Origin: Actinomycetes bacterium
GTDB lineage: Bacteria; Actinomycetota; Actinomycetes; JAHEKZ01
NCBI GenBank assembly: GCA_049282455.1
Contig: JBAPUB010000246.1
Coordinates: forward strand, 1-53,604
Direction of reading: 5' to 3'
DNA: 53,604 nucleotides
The notes beneath the pieces were generated by a model that was not told the DNA's origin, searched no databases, and worked only from the letters and a program-made list of their open reading frames with translations. Both the position numbers and the translations under genes were made by a program. Shown in pieces: positions 1-8,283 of this stretch (positions are counted from its first letter, which is position 1; each line of letters begins with the position of its first letter).

Positions 1-6
1 GTCCTG

Positions 7-82
7 TGGCGCGCCCGAAGGGATTCGAACCCCTAACCTTCTGATCCGTAGTCAGATGCTCTATCCGTTGAGCTACGGGCGC
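7..82 (-). tRNA. tRNA-Arg (anticodon ACG), CCA encoded
   Basis: The reverse complement GCGCCCGTAGCTCAACGGATAGAGCATCTGACTACGGATCAGAAGGTTAGGGGTTCGAATCCCTTCGGGCGCGCCA folds as a cloverleaf. Acceptor is GCGCCCG/CGGGCGC, anticodon stem TCTGA/TCAGA, loop CTACGGA, T-loop TTCGAAT. Confidence 0.9.
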
Positions 83-158
83 ACGGCCTGGCGGCCGAGC
101 CGGCAGTCTAGCCAAGCCGCCCGGCCAACTCGAAATCACGCAGGGAGCCGTCCCCTTC

Positions 159-683
159 TCAGGCGTTGGGGTTGCCGCCCGAGCCCGCGTTGTCCGGACG
201 TCCGCCGTCCTCACCGGTCGTTGCCACCCCGCTGGCGGCATCGTGAGACTCATCGCTGTGCTCGTCCGGGGCCGCCGACCCCTCGGACTGGTCCGGCTTG
301 CCCGCCTGCTCGGACCCCTGCCCCTGCTCTTCACCGGCGTGGCTTCGCCCGCCACTGGCCAATGCGGCGACTGCGGCGCCCTTCTCCCGACCAGTGAGGT
401 CAGTGGTGGTCGCCAGGTCCGACACCGCGGAGCCATGCTCTGACCTGCCGGGCCCCGCCTCATCTGCGGCGTCCGGCTGAGCGTGGGTCGAGACGTCGGC
501 CGCGGCGGTTGAGTCGTCGCCCTTCACATCATCAACCGGGTCGTCCTGCCTGACGGTAGTGACCTGATCGTCATCTCCCGCTCCGGGAAGCACACCCGTA
601 CTGGCCGCGGCAGCCGTGCCAGTCGCAGCAGTCAGGACGAACGCCGCAACCACGGCCTTACTCGAAAACGCAATGCGGGGCAT
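159..683 (-). CDS. Secreted acidic low-complexity protein, family not recognised
   Basis: Lies within ORF 159..719. The ATG at 683 is preceded by AGGAGG (CCAGGAGGACTCATG). The N-terminus MPRIAFSSKAVVAAFVLTAATGTAAAAS looks like a signal peptide. The rest is D/E/G/S/A-rich. Confidence 0.5.
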   Translation of the reverse strand: MPRIAFSSKAVVAAFVLTAATGTAAAASTGVLPGAGDDDQVTTVRQDDPVDDVKGDDSTAAADVSTHAQPDAADEAGPGRSEHGSAVSDLATTTDLTGREKGAAVAALASGGRSHAGEEQGQGSEQAGKPDQSEGSAAPDEHSDESHDAASGVATTGEDGGRPDNAGSGGNPNA

Positions 684-747
684 GAGTCCTCCTGGACGCC
701 ATCGACGCGGACGCGCCAATCACCTTTCGCCCCGAGAAAGATGGATG

Positions 748-1110
748 TTACGCCCGCCCACGGTCGGTGGCAGCGACCAGGCGCTTCGGTGCGACCGCAC
801 GCCAGGCTTCCTCGACCAGCTCGGCAATCTCGGTCTTGTCTGCCCGGCCCAAGACCACCGACACCCAGCCAAAGCGCCCCACGTGCGCAGCCACCGAGTA
901 GGTGTCGGGGGATTGCTGGATCAGCGCCTTCTGGTCGTCCAGCGATGCCTTCACCGTGGCTGTCGTTCCATCCTCACCGAGGATGACGAAGATCTTGTTG
1001 CGGACCCGAAACGTGGGGTGCACCTCCCACGTGAGCTGCTCGGTGGTCTCTGGGAGCGCCAGAGCCACCTCCCGAACATGGTCCGCTGAGCTGTGGCGCA
1101 TGCTGGACAT
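748..1110 (-). CDS. MmcQ/YjbR-family protein (small putative DNA-binding fold)
   Basis: 120-aa ORF. The segment ALALPETTEQLTWEVHPTFRVRNKIFVIL and the C-terminal LVEEAWRAVAPKRL fit my memory of the YjbR/MmcQ family pattern. Confidence 0.65.
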   Translation of the reverse strand: MSSMRHSSADHVREVALALPETTEQLTWEVHPTFRVRNKIFVILGEDGTTATVKASLDDQKALIQQSPDTYSVAAHVGRFGWVSVVLGRADKTEIAELVEEAWRAVAPKRLVAATDRGRA

Positions 1111-1143
1111 CGCGCGATGCTACTGCGGCCAGTCGCCTGGCAG

Positions 1144-1851
1144 TCAGTGCCGCGATCTGGAACCGGGCAGTGCGGCCCGCGCCCAGCTTCCGAGAGCCAG
1201 GGCCGTCAGAACATGCCAAACCGCGTGCCCTTGGAGCAACGAGCCGGGGTGACACAGGACGCCGTTGGTCCGACTCGCGAGGTAGAGGCCCACACCGACG
1301 AGCAGGGCGACTGCCGCCACTGAGTACGCCGCCGCCTCGGGAGTGCCCCCCCGAAGCCGCCAAGACCGTCGTCCAGTGACGAGAACCCAGCCCTCGGCCA
1401 CGACCATCGCCAGCGCGCCCACTCCGGCGAGTACGGCCCCGATGGTCGGGGCGATCACCAGCGCCACGCCGACCGCGACGACCGCGAAGAGGTAGACGCC
1501 CCATTGCCGCGCACGCTCCCAGACGAAGATCAGTGCCAGGTCGAACACCACGATGAACAGCAGGGCCGCCGACAGTCCCCAGTCGTGGACGAAGGACGCT
1601 GCCAATGAGCGAGTGCCGTGGTAGTCGGCACTGCCGATTCCGGTCAGCACGACAGCGAGGCCGTAGCCGACAGCGAGGCGCAGGTCGACATCGGCTCGAC
1701 GACGCGCCCACCACGTGACCCACAGCCCGGCGACCACGAACGCGAGGCTCGAGGTGGCATTGACCGGCTGGCTGAGCCAGCCCCCGCCCGGCGCCTCACA
1801 GTCACCCTGGCCCGGCAGTGCACCGGCAAGAGAAGGCACCAGGTCAAGCAC
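1144..1851 (-). CDS. Ceramidase-family (PF05875-like) polytopic membrane protein
   Basis: 235-aa ORF with a GTG start and about 7 hydrophobic helices. The N-terminal CE...SQPVNATSSLAF, a central DYHG and the C-terminal HAVWHVLTA histidine motif are typical of the alkaline ceramidase/PAQR-like superfamily. Confidence 0.6.
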   Translation of the reverse strand: MLDLVPSLAGALPGQGDCEAPGGGWLSQPVNATSSLAFVVAGLWVTWWARRRADVDLRLAVGYGLAVVLTGIGSADYHGTRSLAASFVHDWGLSAALLFIVVFDLALIFVWERARQWGVYLFAVVAVGVALVIAPTIGAVLAGVGALAMVVAEGWVLVTGRRSWRLRGGTPEAAAYSVAAVALLVGVGLYLASRTNGVLCHPGSLLQGHAVWHVLTALALGSWARAALPGSRSRH

Positions 1852-1947
1852 GGCGTCGCCCCCGAGGGCAGATGGTCACCAGAATCCCGCCCGCCGTGAA
1901 GGCGGAGCAGCCCGCCCCGATCGAGACGACCGAGACGGGCTGACCAG

Positions 1948-2038
1948 CGGAGGCGGCGGGATTTGAACCCGCGAGGGGCTTTGAGTCCCCAACCCGCTTA
2001 GCAGGCGGGCGCCATAAACCGGGCTAGGCGACGCCTCC
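1948..2038 (-). tRNA. tRNA-Ser (anticodon GCT), long variable arm, no encoded CCA
   Basis: The reverse complement is GGAGGCGTCGCCTAGCCCGGTTTATGGCGCCCGCCTGCTAAGCGGGTTGGGGACTCAAAGCCCCTCGCGGGTTCAAATCCCGCCGCCTCCG. Anticodon stem is CCCGC/GCGGG, loop CTGCTAA, T-loop TTCAAAT. Confidence 0.9.
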
Positions 2039-2050
2039 AGTGCAACCTTG

Positions 2051-2077
2051 CTCCAACGAGCCTGGGCTCGGTTGGAG
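2051..2077 (-). terminator. Hairpin downstream of the phosphoesterase gene (possible terminator, lies just upstream of tRNA-Ser)
   Basis: CTCCAACGAGCC-TGG-GCTCGGTTGGAG forms an 11-bp stem with one bulged G. It sits 41 nt after the stop at 2119. No clear U-tract. Confidence 0.4.
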
Positions 2078-2118
2078 AATATAGGACACGCAGCCGGCAC
2101 CCTGGAGGCAGGCAACCT

Positions 2119-4425
2119 TCAGGCTCGTGGCGCAAGGACCATCGTCCAGGCCACCTGGGACGCCGACGTCTGGTCCGTCGTGGCGACCAGCCCCCCGAAC
2201 GGCCCGAGCGGGACAGGTGCAGCCCCGTCAGTGGCCAGGTCGTTGACGTGACCACCCCCCGTTCCCCCAGCCGAGGCTCGGACGACCTGACCACTCGGCG
2301 CCGTCCACGACGTGACGTAGGCGGAGCGAGCAGCCCAGTACGAGACAACCCAGGATCCAGGGGTGGCCACTGACGTGAACGGACTTGCGAAAGAGGTTGT
2401 CGTCGTCGCGCCGGTTCGCCCGGTCGGTGTGGCCGCGAGGGGTCCGCCTGCTGCGGTCCCGGAGTAGGCGAGCAGCTCGAGGGTTCCCTTGGTCAAACTT
2501 GTTCCGAGCGTGACCGTTACCCGGCTCCCCGCGTCCGAGGCCGTCGCAACCCGCTGCCAGACGGTGCTGTAGATCGTCGACGTGCCGGCTGTCTGCATGA
2601 GCTGCCAGCCCGATGGCGTCGACTGTGGAACGGCCCCACGGCTCGTCGCGATCAGCAGCAGCCCGTCTCCCTGCGCAACCTTCGTCGGCACGACCACCGA
2701 CGCGGTCAGCGCATTGACGCTCGTCCCGGTGGCTGCGACGAAGGACACAGGTGGGGAGCTGAGCTCCACCGACTGCGATGTAGATGCCGCGTTGCCGAAC
2801 GAGTCGTTGACGGTCAGAGTGACGGAGTACGTGCCGGGCGCCTGGTAGGTGTGTGTCGTCGTCTCGCCCGCACCGCTCGCACTACCGTCACCGAAGTCCC
2901 ACGACAACGTCCGGGACCCGGTAGCGGTCGAGCTCGAGCCGTCGAAAGAACAGGTCGTGGCCGAACAGCTCGCCGTGAACGCAGCGGTGGGGGCGGCAGC
3001 CGCGGTGACCTGATGCGACACGACGGCCGTCCCACCAGCACTGTCCGTAAGGGTCAGGGTGATCTTGTAGCCGCCAGCAGACCCATAGGTCTTGCCAGCC
3101 GTCACCCCGCTGGCACCCGTGCCATCACCGAAGTCCCACGAGTAGCTGGCCACGTCCGGCATCGTCGAGGCGGATGCGTCCACCGAGCACTCGAGCAGCA
3201 CACACGTCGCCGTGAAAGAGGCACCCGATGGGGCTTGAACGTCGACTGACTCGCTGTGCGTTCCGCTCTGCCCCAGAGCATCGGTGACGGTCAGCGACAC
3301 CGCGTACGAGCCGCTGTCAGCGAAGGTGTGGGTTGTCGTCACGTCTGACACCGGCGCGCTGCCGTCACCGAAGTCCCAGGAGTATCCGGCGATCGTCGAG
3401 CCGTTTGACGACGGACCCGACCCGTCGAACGTGCACGTGAGTCCGGCGCACGACGAGACGAACGACGAGGCGGGCGTCGGAACCCCCGCCAGACCGAAGT
3501 CGCTCAGCAGATCCGGTGCAGTGGCAGCTATCCCGAGCTCAGGAACACCTAAAAGATCCTCTGTTGCCTTGAGCGTCGAGTAGAGCGTCAGCTTCTTCGC
3601 CGAGGAGGTACCCATGCTTTGCGGACTGATCACAATGAGCGGGATGTGACAGGACTCGCTGGTGCTCGTCGTGCAGTCGATCCCCTTCAAAGTCCCGCCA
3701 CCGCTGCCCTCGTCCCAGGCCAGGAAGATGACAGTGGATCCCGAGGTGAACTCACTGCTCTGAAGGAGCTGCGGGAGATTGTTGGCAAGCCATGTGTCAC
3801 CTGTGGCGATGTTGCCGTCGTGCATGTCATTGGCCATGTTAGGAGTGACGAACGAGAACGCTGGCAAGGTGTGGTTGGCCAAGTCGGTCGCCAGCATCGG
3901 GTACCCGACGTCGTTGGCCGCACAGCTGGCAGCGGAGATGTCGGTGAAGTAGAGCGCGGGGTTGTGGCGCGCGACGTAGAGCCCCCCGGAGTCTTGGTTC
4001 CTGCGACAAGGAGTGGTCATCGACTCCTCGTAGGCGCGCCAGCTCGGAACCTGCGTGAACAGGTCAGGGCCGGGCTTGGTGCAAGTCGTGCAGTCTGATG
4101 CAGGCAGCTGCGACAGCGGTAGACCGGAGTGGGCGCCGATGTAGTTGGGGGCGCTGGGGTGCGTGATGGCCCAAGCGTTGCTCGCCGATCCATATGTCCG
4201 TGCCAACGAGTTGATGTACGGGGCCTGCGAAGAGCCAATCACCGAGTTGTACGAGCGGTTCTCCATCCATACCCAGACGACGTGTTGAATCGCCGGGGAC
4301 GTCACAGCCGGAAGTGGGGAAGCGTCGGCCCGCGACGACCCCGCATCCCCGACGGCGGGCAGGAGCATCGCCCCCAGCGCAAGCAACAGAAGGGCGAGGG
4401 TGGAGACACGCAACCGTCTGTACAT
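2119..4425 (-). CDS. Secreted phosphoesterase-family enzyme (PF04185, PLC/acid phosphatase type) fused to 3 PKD domains and a ~200-aa C-terminal domain of unknown family
   Basis: Signal peptide is MYRRLRVSTLALLLLALGAMLLPAVG. The N-terminal HVVWVWMENRSYN...THPSAPNY...NMANDMHDG matches the phosphoesterase family. Three repeats carry the PKD signature WDFGDG (nt about 2745..3468). The C-terminal 2119..2744 is not assignable. Confidence 0.8.
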   Translation of the reverse strand: MYRRLRVSTLALLLLALGAMLLPAVGDAGSSRADASPLPAVTSPAIQHVVWVWMENRSYNSVIGSSQAPYINSLARTYGSASNAWAITHPSAPNYIGAHSGLPLSQLPASDCTTCTKPGPDLFTQVPSWRAYEESMTTPCRRNQDSGGLYVARHNPALYFTDISAASCAANDVGYPMLATDLANHTLPAFSFVTPNMANDMHDGNIATGDTWLANNLPQLLQSSEFTSGSTVIFLAWDEGSGGGTLKGIDCTTSTSESCHIPLIVISPQSMGTSSAKKLTLYSTLKATEDLLGVPELGIAATAPDLLSDFGLAGVPTPASSFVSSCAGLTCTFDGSGPSSNGSTIAGYSWDFGDGSAPVSDVTTTHTFADSGSYAVSLTVTDALGQSGTHSESVDVQAPSGASFTATCVLLECSVDASASTMPDVASYSWDFGDGTGASGVTAGKTYGSAGGYKITLTLTDSAGGTAVVSHQVTAAAAPTAAFTASCSATTCSFDGSSSTATGSRTLSWDFGDGSASGAGETTTHTYQAPGTYSVTLTVNDSFGNAASTSQSVELSSPPVSFVAATGTSVNALTASVVVPTKVAQGDGLLLIATSRGAVPQSTPSGWQLMQTAGTSTIYSTVWQRVATASDAGSRVTVTLGTSLTKGTLELLAYSGTAAGGPLAATPTGRTGATTTTSFASPFTSVATPGSWVVSYWAARSAYVTSWTAPSGQVVRASAGGTGGGHVNDLATDGAAPVPLGPFGGLVATTDQTSASQVAWTMVLAPRA

Positions 4426-4549
4426 CCGAACAGTCAGCCCCTCAGGAAGCAGCAGAATGCAGGCTGGCAGGACACGGTCACCCTTCCACAGCGACGCCGT
4501 TGAGCCTAGGACCTGGAGCGTGTGCCGCCTTGGCGCCTACGGTGGGGGC

Positions 4550-5551
4550 ATGCCGACGATCCGCATCATGCGCAGCGGGGTGATCAGCGCAGAGTCATCC
4601 TCGATCGACGACGGGCTCGCGGCGCTCGAGGACAAGGACAACTGCGTCTGGTTCGACGTCGACCCCCAAGAGCTTCCCGCCCTGACCGAGCCACTGGGTC
4701 TGCACCACCACGCAGTCGAGGACGCGGTGAAGGCCCCTCTGTCATCACCGGAGATGAGCCAGCGCAGCAAGCTGGACCGCTATCCGGGCTACGTCTTCCT
4801 GTTCCTGTACCGCACATCACTGGACGCCGACGGAAGCCTCCAGATGGGCAACATCGGCGTCTTCGCCTCCGACCGCTGGGTCATCGCTGTGAACCGTGCC
4901 GACGGGTACGCCCACAAAGACCTTGCCGAACGGTGGGACGAGCACCCCGAGCTCCTTAAGTACGGGGCGCCCGCGCTCCTCTATGCGGTGCTCGACCTCG
5001 TGGTCGACTCCCACCTCGAGGCCGTCGACGCCCTCGGCGACGACGTGGACCGCATGGAGGACCTGCTCTTCGACGGCGACGCCCAGTTCTCTGACGACCC
5101 ACGCGACCTGCAACGCCGTGGATTCGCGACCCGGAAGTCGCTGGTTCGGCTGCGCCGAGTCGCGCAGCCCATGCGCGAGCTTGTCGGCGGCCTCATGCGA
5201 CGAGAGGAGGAGGACTCGACACCCATCGAGGCCGGTCTCATGCCTTACTACCAGGACGTCTACGACCACGTGCTGCGCGTGAACGACTCGATCGAAGGAC
5301 TCCGGGACCTGCTGACGACGATCTACGAGACGCGCCTGGCGATGGCCGACCACACGCTCAATACGGTGATGAAGAAGCTCACCGGCTGGGCGGCGATCAT
5401 TGCCGTCCCCACTGCCGTGACCGGCTTCTACGGACAGAACGTTCCGTACCCTGGCTTCCTGCACCCGGCCGGGTTCTACACCAGCACGTTCGTGTGGGTC
5501 GGCATGTCGGTAGCGCTCTTCGTCGCCTTCCGACGCAGACGCTGGATCTGA
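4550..5551 (+). CDS. corA: CorA-family divalent cation transporter (signature reads GQN instead of GMN)
   Basis: ATG at 4550 follows GGTGGGGG. It has a soluble N-domain plus two C-terminal TM helices, with FYGQNVPYPG where YGMNF normally sits. The ORF extension back to 4400 overlaps the divergent gene start and was rejected. Confidence 0.8.
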   Translation: MPTIRIMRSGVISAESSSIDDGLAALEDKDNCVWFDVDPQELPALTEPLGLHHHAVEDAVKAPLSSPEMSQRSKLDRYPGYVFLFLYRTSLDADGSLQMGNIGVFASDRWVIAVNRADGYAHKDLAERWDEHPELLKYGAPALLYAVLDLVVDSHLEAVDALGDDVDRMEDLLFDGDAQFSDDPRDLQRRGFATRKSLVRLRRVAQPMRELVGGLMRREEEDSTPIEAGLMPYYQDVYDHVLRVNDSIEGLRDLLTTIYETRLAMADHTLNTVMKKLTGWAAIIAVPTAVTGFYGQNVPYPGFLHPAGFYTSTFVWVGMSVALFVAFRRRRWI

Positions 5552-5557
5552 CCGGCT

Positions 5558-6844
5558 TCAGGACAACCAGCTCGGGCGAAGCGGGAAGCCACTCACTGCT
5601 GCGCCTGGCGATGCCGCCGACCGACCAAGTCGCACGCCGAGGAACTGGTGCAGCTGGATCTGGTTACTGTCGAATCCGGCTCGCGAAGCGGCCATGTACA
5701 GGCGCCAGGCCCGGGCTTTGAGGACTCCGACCTCAGCCACAGCGTCGTCCCAGCGCTCATCGAGGTTTCGTCCCCAGTCGCGCAACGTCATCGCGTAGTG
5801 CTCGCGCAGGTTCTCGGTGTGACGGCACTCGAAGCCGGCACCGTTCATGGCTTCGAAGATGTACCCGGGTGACTCCAGCTCGCCGTCGGGGAACACGTAC
5901 CTGTCGATGAACGCCTTCGCCTTGGCGCGTCGACCTGGACCGGGTCGGGTGATGCAGTGGTTGAGCAGCCGCCCCTCCGGTCGGAGGCGGTCGTACAGCC
6001 CGCGGAAGTAGGGCTTGAGGTTGTCCTGCCCGATGTGCTCGGTGAGGCCGATGGAGCTGATCGCGTCGAACGACGACTCCTGGAGGTCGCGGTAGTCGAG
6101 ATGGCGGACCTCCGCCCGGTCGGACAGCCCCCGCTCCGCGATCACCTTCGATGCCCACTCAGCCTGCTGGCGAGAAAGGGTGACGCCGATGGCTCGCACG
6201 TCGTACTTCTCGGCGGCGTGCATCACCATTCCGCCCCAGCCACAGCCGACGTCGAGCAGCCGCATCCCCGGCTGAAGGTCCAGCTTGCGGGCTACCAGGT
6301 CGTACTTCGCCGCCTGAGCCTGCTCCAGTGAAGCCTCTACCGTCGGGAACACGGCACACGTGTACGTCATCGAAGGGCCCAGCACCATCTCGTAGAACGC
6401 GTTGGACACGTCGTAGTGATGCGCGATCGCCTCAGCGTCGCGGCCCTTGGTGTGGCGGCGCAGACCCCGGCGCCAGCGCGACGGCGCCTCGATCTCAGGG
6501 ATGGGCGGCCGCGAGAAGGCCATGGGGAGAAGCTGGCCAAGTGCCGGTGCGAGGGCCGCCACCTCGCGCAGCGGCACGCCCACGACACTGCGGGGCAGCA
6601 AGACGGTGATGAGGTAGGCAAGATCGCCCTCGACGTCGAGTGCCCCCGTGACAAACGCTCGCGCAAGACCGAGATCACTGGGCGCCCGCAGGATGTACTC
6701 CACCGCCACGGGTGCAACCACCCGGACGGTGACGCGAGCCTGCTCAGGCCCGGTCACACTTCCGTCGTACCCCTCGAAGCGCACGCCCTCGGGGTGACCC
6801 GCGAGGCGCACGAACATCTGCGCCAGCGTCATCGAGTCGGTCAT
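5558..6844 (-). CDS. bfaB: CFA-synthase-family SAM-dependent methyltransferase, likely BfaB (10-methylene fatty acid forming)
   Basis: SAM motif LLDVGCGWGGM and the full-length cyclopropane-fatty-acyl-phospholipid synthase pattern are present. The ATG at 6844 is preceded by GAGAGAGG. An alternative GTG at 6859 lies 3 nt after the upstream stop. Confidence 0.8.
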   Translation of the reverse strand: MTDSMTLAQMFVRLAGHPEGVRFEGYDGSVTGPEQARVTVRVVAPVAVEYILRAPSDLGLARAFVTGALDVEGDLAYLITVLLPRSVVGVPLREVAALAPALGQLLPMAFSRPPIPEIEAPSRWRRGLRRHTKGRDAEAIAHHYDVSNAFYEMVLGPSMTYTCAVFPTVEASLEQAQAAKYDLVARKLDLQPGMRLLDVGCGWGGMVMHAAEKYDVRAIGVTLSRQQAEWASKVIAERGLSDRAEVRHLDYRDLQESSFDAISSIGLTEHIGQDNLKPYFRGLYDRLRPEGRLLNHCITRPGPGRRAKAKAFIDRYVFPDGELESPGYIFEAMNGAGFECRHTENLREHYAMTLRDWGRNLDERWDDAVAEVGVLKARAWRLYMAASRAGFDSNQIQLHQFLGVRLGRSAASPGAAVSGFPLRPSWLS

Positions 6845-6862
6845 GGGTGCCTCTCTCACGGC

Positions 6863-8266
6863 TCAGCGGGCCCGAACGCACTTGTCGTACAGGTCGAGAA
6901 GCCGACCGTCCGGGTCGTACGTCTTCTTGAGCACGTCGTACTCCGCACCGTTGTACAGGGCCCAGAACTGGTCCTTCTCGAAGGTCGACGTCGAGTAGAG
7001 CGACTTGCGGCCGCCGAGCTCGGTCACCAGCTCCTCGACGAGACGGTTGTGCTTGTCCGCCGGGTCTCCGACGTTCTGGGAGACAGCTCCCCAGAACCCG
7101 AAGTTCACGTAGGTGGTCGACGGCTCCAGACGGTACAGAGGCCACACCTGGGACGAGTCACGTTGGCGCAGCGGGCAGATCCAGACCGGGGAGAGCCCGA
7201 CCTCGCGCTGGAAGACGTCGAGGAACTGCGCGGCGCGTTCGACGGGTACCTCGACGTCCTGCACGACGAGCTCGCTCGCAGGTCGTCCGCTCCACCGGCG
7301 CAGCCGTGCCACGACCTGGTGACGGCGTTCGAAGCCGACCGCCTTGAAGTAGACGTCGGAACGCAGCAGCCGACGAGGTACAAGCGGGCGCAACAACGGG
7401 TTCTGCACGCCCAGGGCGCGGGAGCACCAGAACCAGTCGGTGTCCCAACGCCAGAGGTAGTCGCGGACACTGAGGTAGTCGCGGCTGCGTCGGCGAAGCG
7501 ACTGGTAGTAGATCCGGTTCCCCGCGTAGTCGGACGTGTACGGGGCGCTGGTGACGTACCGGGCCGTCGTCAGGTACATCTCGTGGGGACCGAACACCGT
7601 GCCGTCGACGAAGTCGACCGCTGTCCCTTGCCAGCTTCGTTCGTCGACGACGCTCGACACGGCCGCGAAGTAGCTTTCGGCGTCACCGAACCGGGTGTGC
7701 CTCAGCTCGACGAAAGGGCGAACGGGCTCGAGCTCGATCGTCAGCCTCAGGGCGTAGCCCAAAGTGCCGTAGGAGTTGGGGAAGCCAGCGAACAACCCCG
7801 CGTGCTCTCCGTCGGGTGCGACGGTGAGGATGCGTCCGTCGCCGGTGAGGACCTCCATCTCGAGCACGGACTCGTGCGGGCAGCCGTTGCGGAACGAGGC
7901 TGACTCGATTCCCAGGCCCGTGACTGCCCCGCCCAGGGTGATGGTCTTCAGCTCGGGCACCACCAACGGGACCAACCCGTACCGCAGCGTCTCGTCGACC
8001 AGGTGCTCGTACGTGGTCATGCCGAGCACGTCGGCGGTCCGCTCGCGCACGTCGACGCGCAGGACTCCGTCGAAGGCCGACACATCGAGGCCGGGTTCCT
8101 CGGCCGGCGGACGCATTCGAAAGAGGTTGGAGGTGGGTTTGGACAGCCGAACCCCAGCGTCTCGTGGCAACCGGTCGTACTGGTCGCACAGTCGCTGTTT
8201 GGCCGCGGCGAACTCCAGGTCGGTCACCACCCCCCGATGGTAGGAACCCAACCCCTCCCGCGTCAC
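6863..8266 (-). CDS. bfaA: FAD-binding oxidoreductase (DWF1/delta24-reductase-like), likely BfaA partner of the methyltransferase
   Basis: The C-terminal ~470 aa of ORF 6863..9802 carry KPTSNLFR, ITLGGAVTGLGIESASFRNG and WRWDTDWFWCSRA. The start is uncertain: in-frame TTG 8278, GTG 8266, GTG 8230 or 8227. The rest of the 979-aa ORF is an out-of-frame read through chrA. Confidence 0.75.
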   Translation of the reverse strand: MTREGLGSYHRGVVTDLEFAAAKQRLCDQYDRLPRDAGVRLSKPTSNLFRMRPPAEEPGLDVSAFDGVLRVDVRERTADVLGMTTYEHLVDETLRYGLVPLVVPELKTITLGGAVTGLGIESASFRNGCPHESVLEMEVLTGDGRILTVAPDGEHAGLFAGFPNSYGTLGYALRLTIELEPVRPFVELRHTRFGDAESYFAAVSSVVDERSWQGTAVDFVDGTVFGPHEMYLTTARYVTSAPYTSDYAGNRIYYQSLRRRSRDYLSVRDYLWRWDTDWFWCSRALGVQNPLLRPLVPRRLLRSDVYFKAVGFERRHQVVARLRRWSGRPASELVVQDVEVPVERAAQFLDVFQREVGLSPVWICPLRQRDSSQVWPLYRLEPSTTYVNFGFWGAVSQNVGDPADKHNRLVEELVTELGGRKSLYSTSTFEKDQFWALYNGAEYDVLKKTYDPDGRLLDLYDKCVRAR

Positions 8267-8283
8267 CCCGTTGGCCAACTCGA

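Noticed and set aside
1-2118. Genomic island integrated at tRNA-Arg or tRNA-Ser (and likewise at tRNA-Ser 19097..19181)
   Set aside because: There is no integrase, excisionase, phage or transposase gene anywhere in the window. I noticed no second copy of a tRNA 3' segment that could serve as an att repeat, and I saw no obvious drop in GC richness next to the tRNAs. This rests on by-eye inspection, not a repeat search.
4426-4549. M-box (Mg2+) riboswitch upstream of corA
   Set aside because: The 124-nt divergent region shows none of the conserved M-box segments I remember (such as GUUAGGUGAGGCU or GGGUCAACAG). It is also shorter than a full M-box plus expression platform. A cmscan would settle it.
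6416-7903. Long antisense ORFs (examples: 6416..7903 +, 27300..28559 +, 42521..44170 +, 45020..46681 +, 50083..51495 +, 21772..22884 -, 11592..12731 +)
   Set aside because: All overlap strongly supported genes on the opposite strand or in another frame. Their composition is R/P/G/A/H-rich with no motifs. They are shadow ORFs that arise because stop codons are rare in GC-rich sequence.
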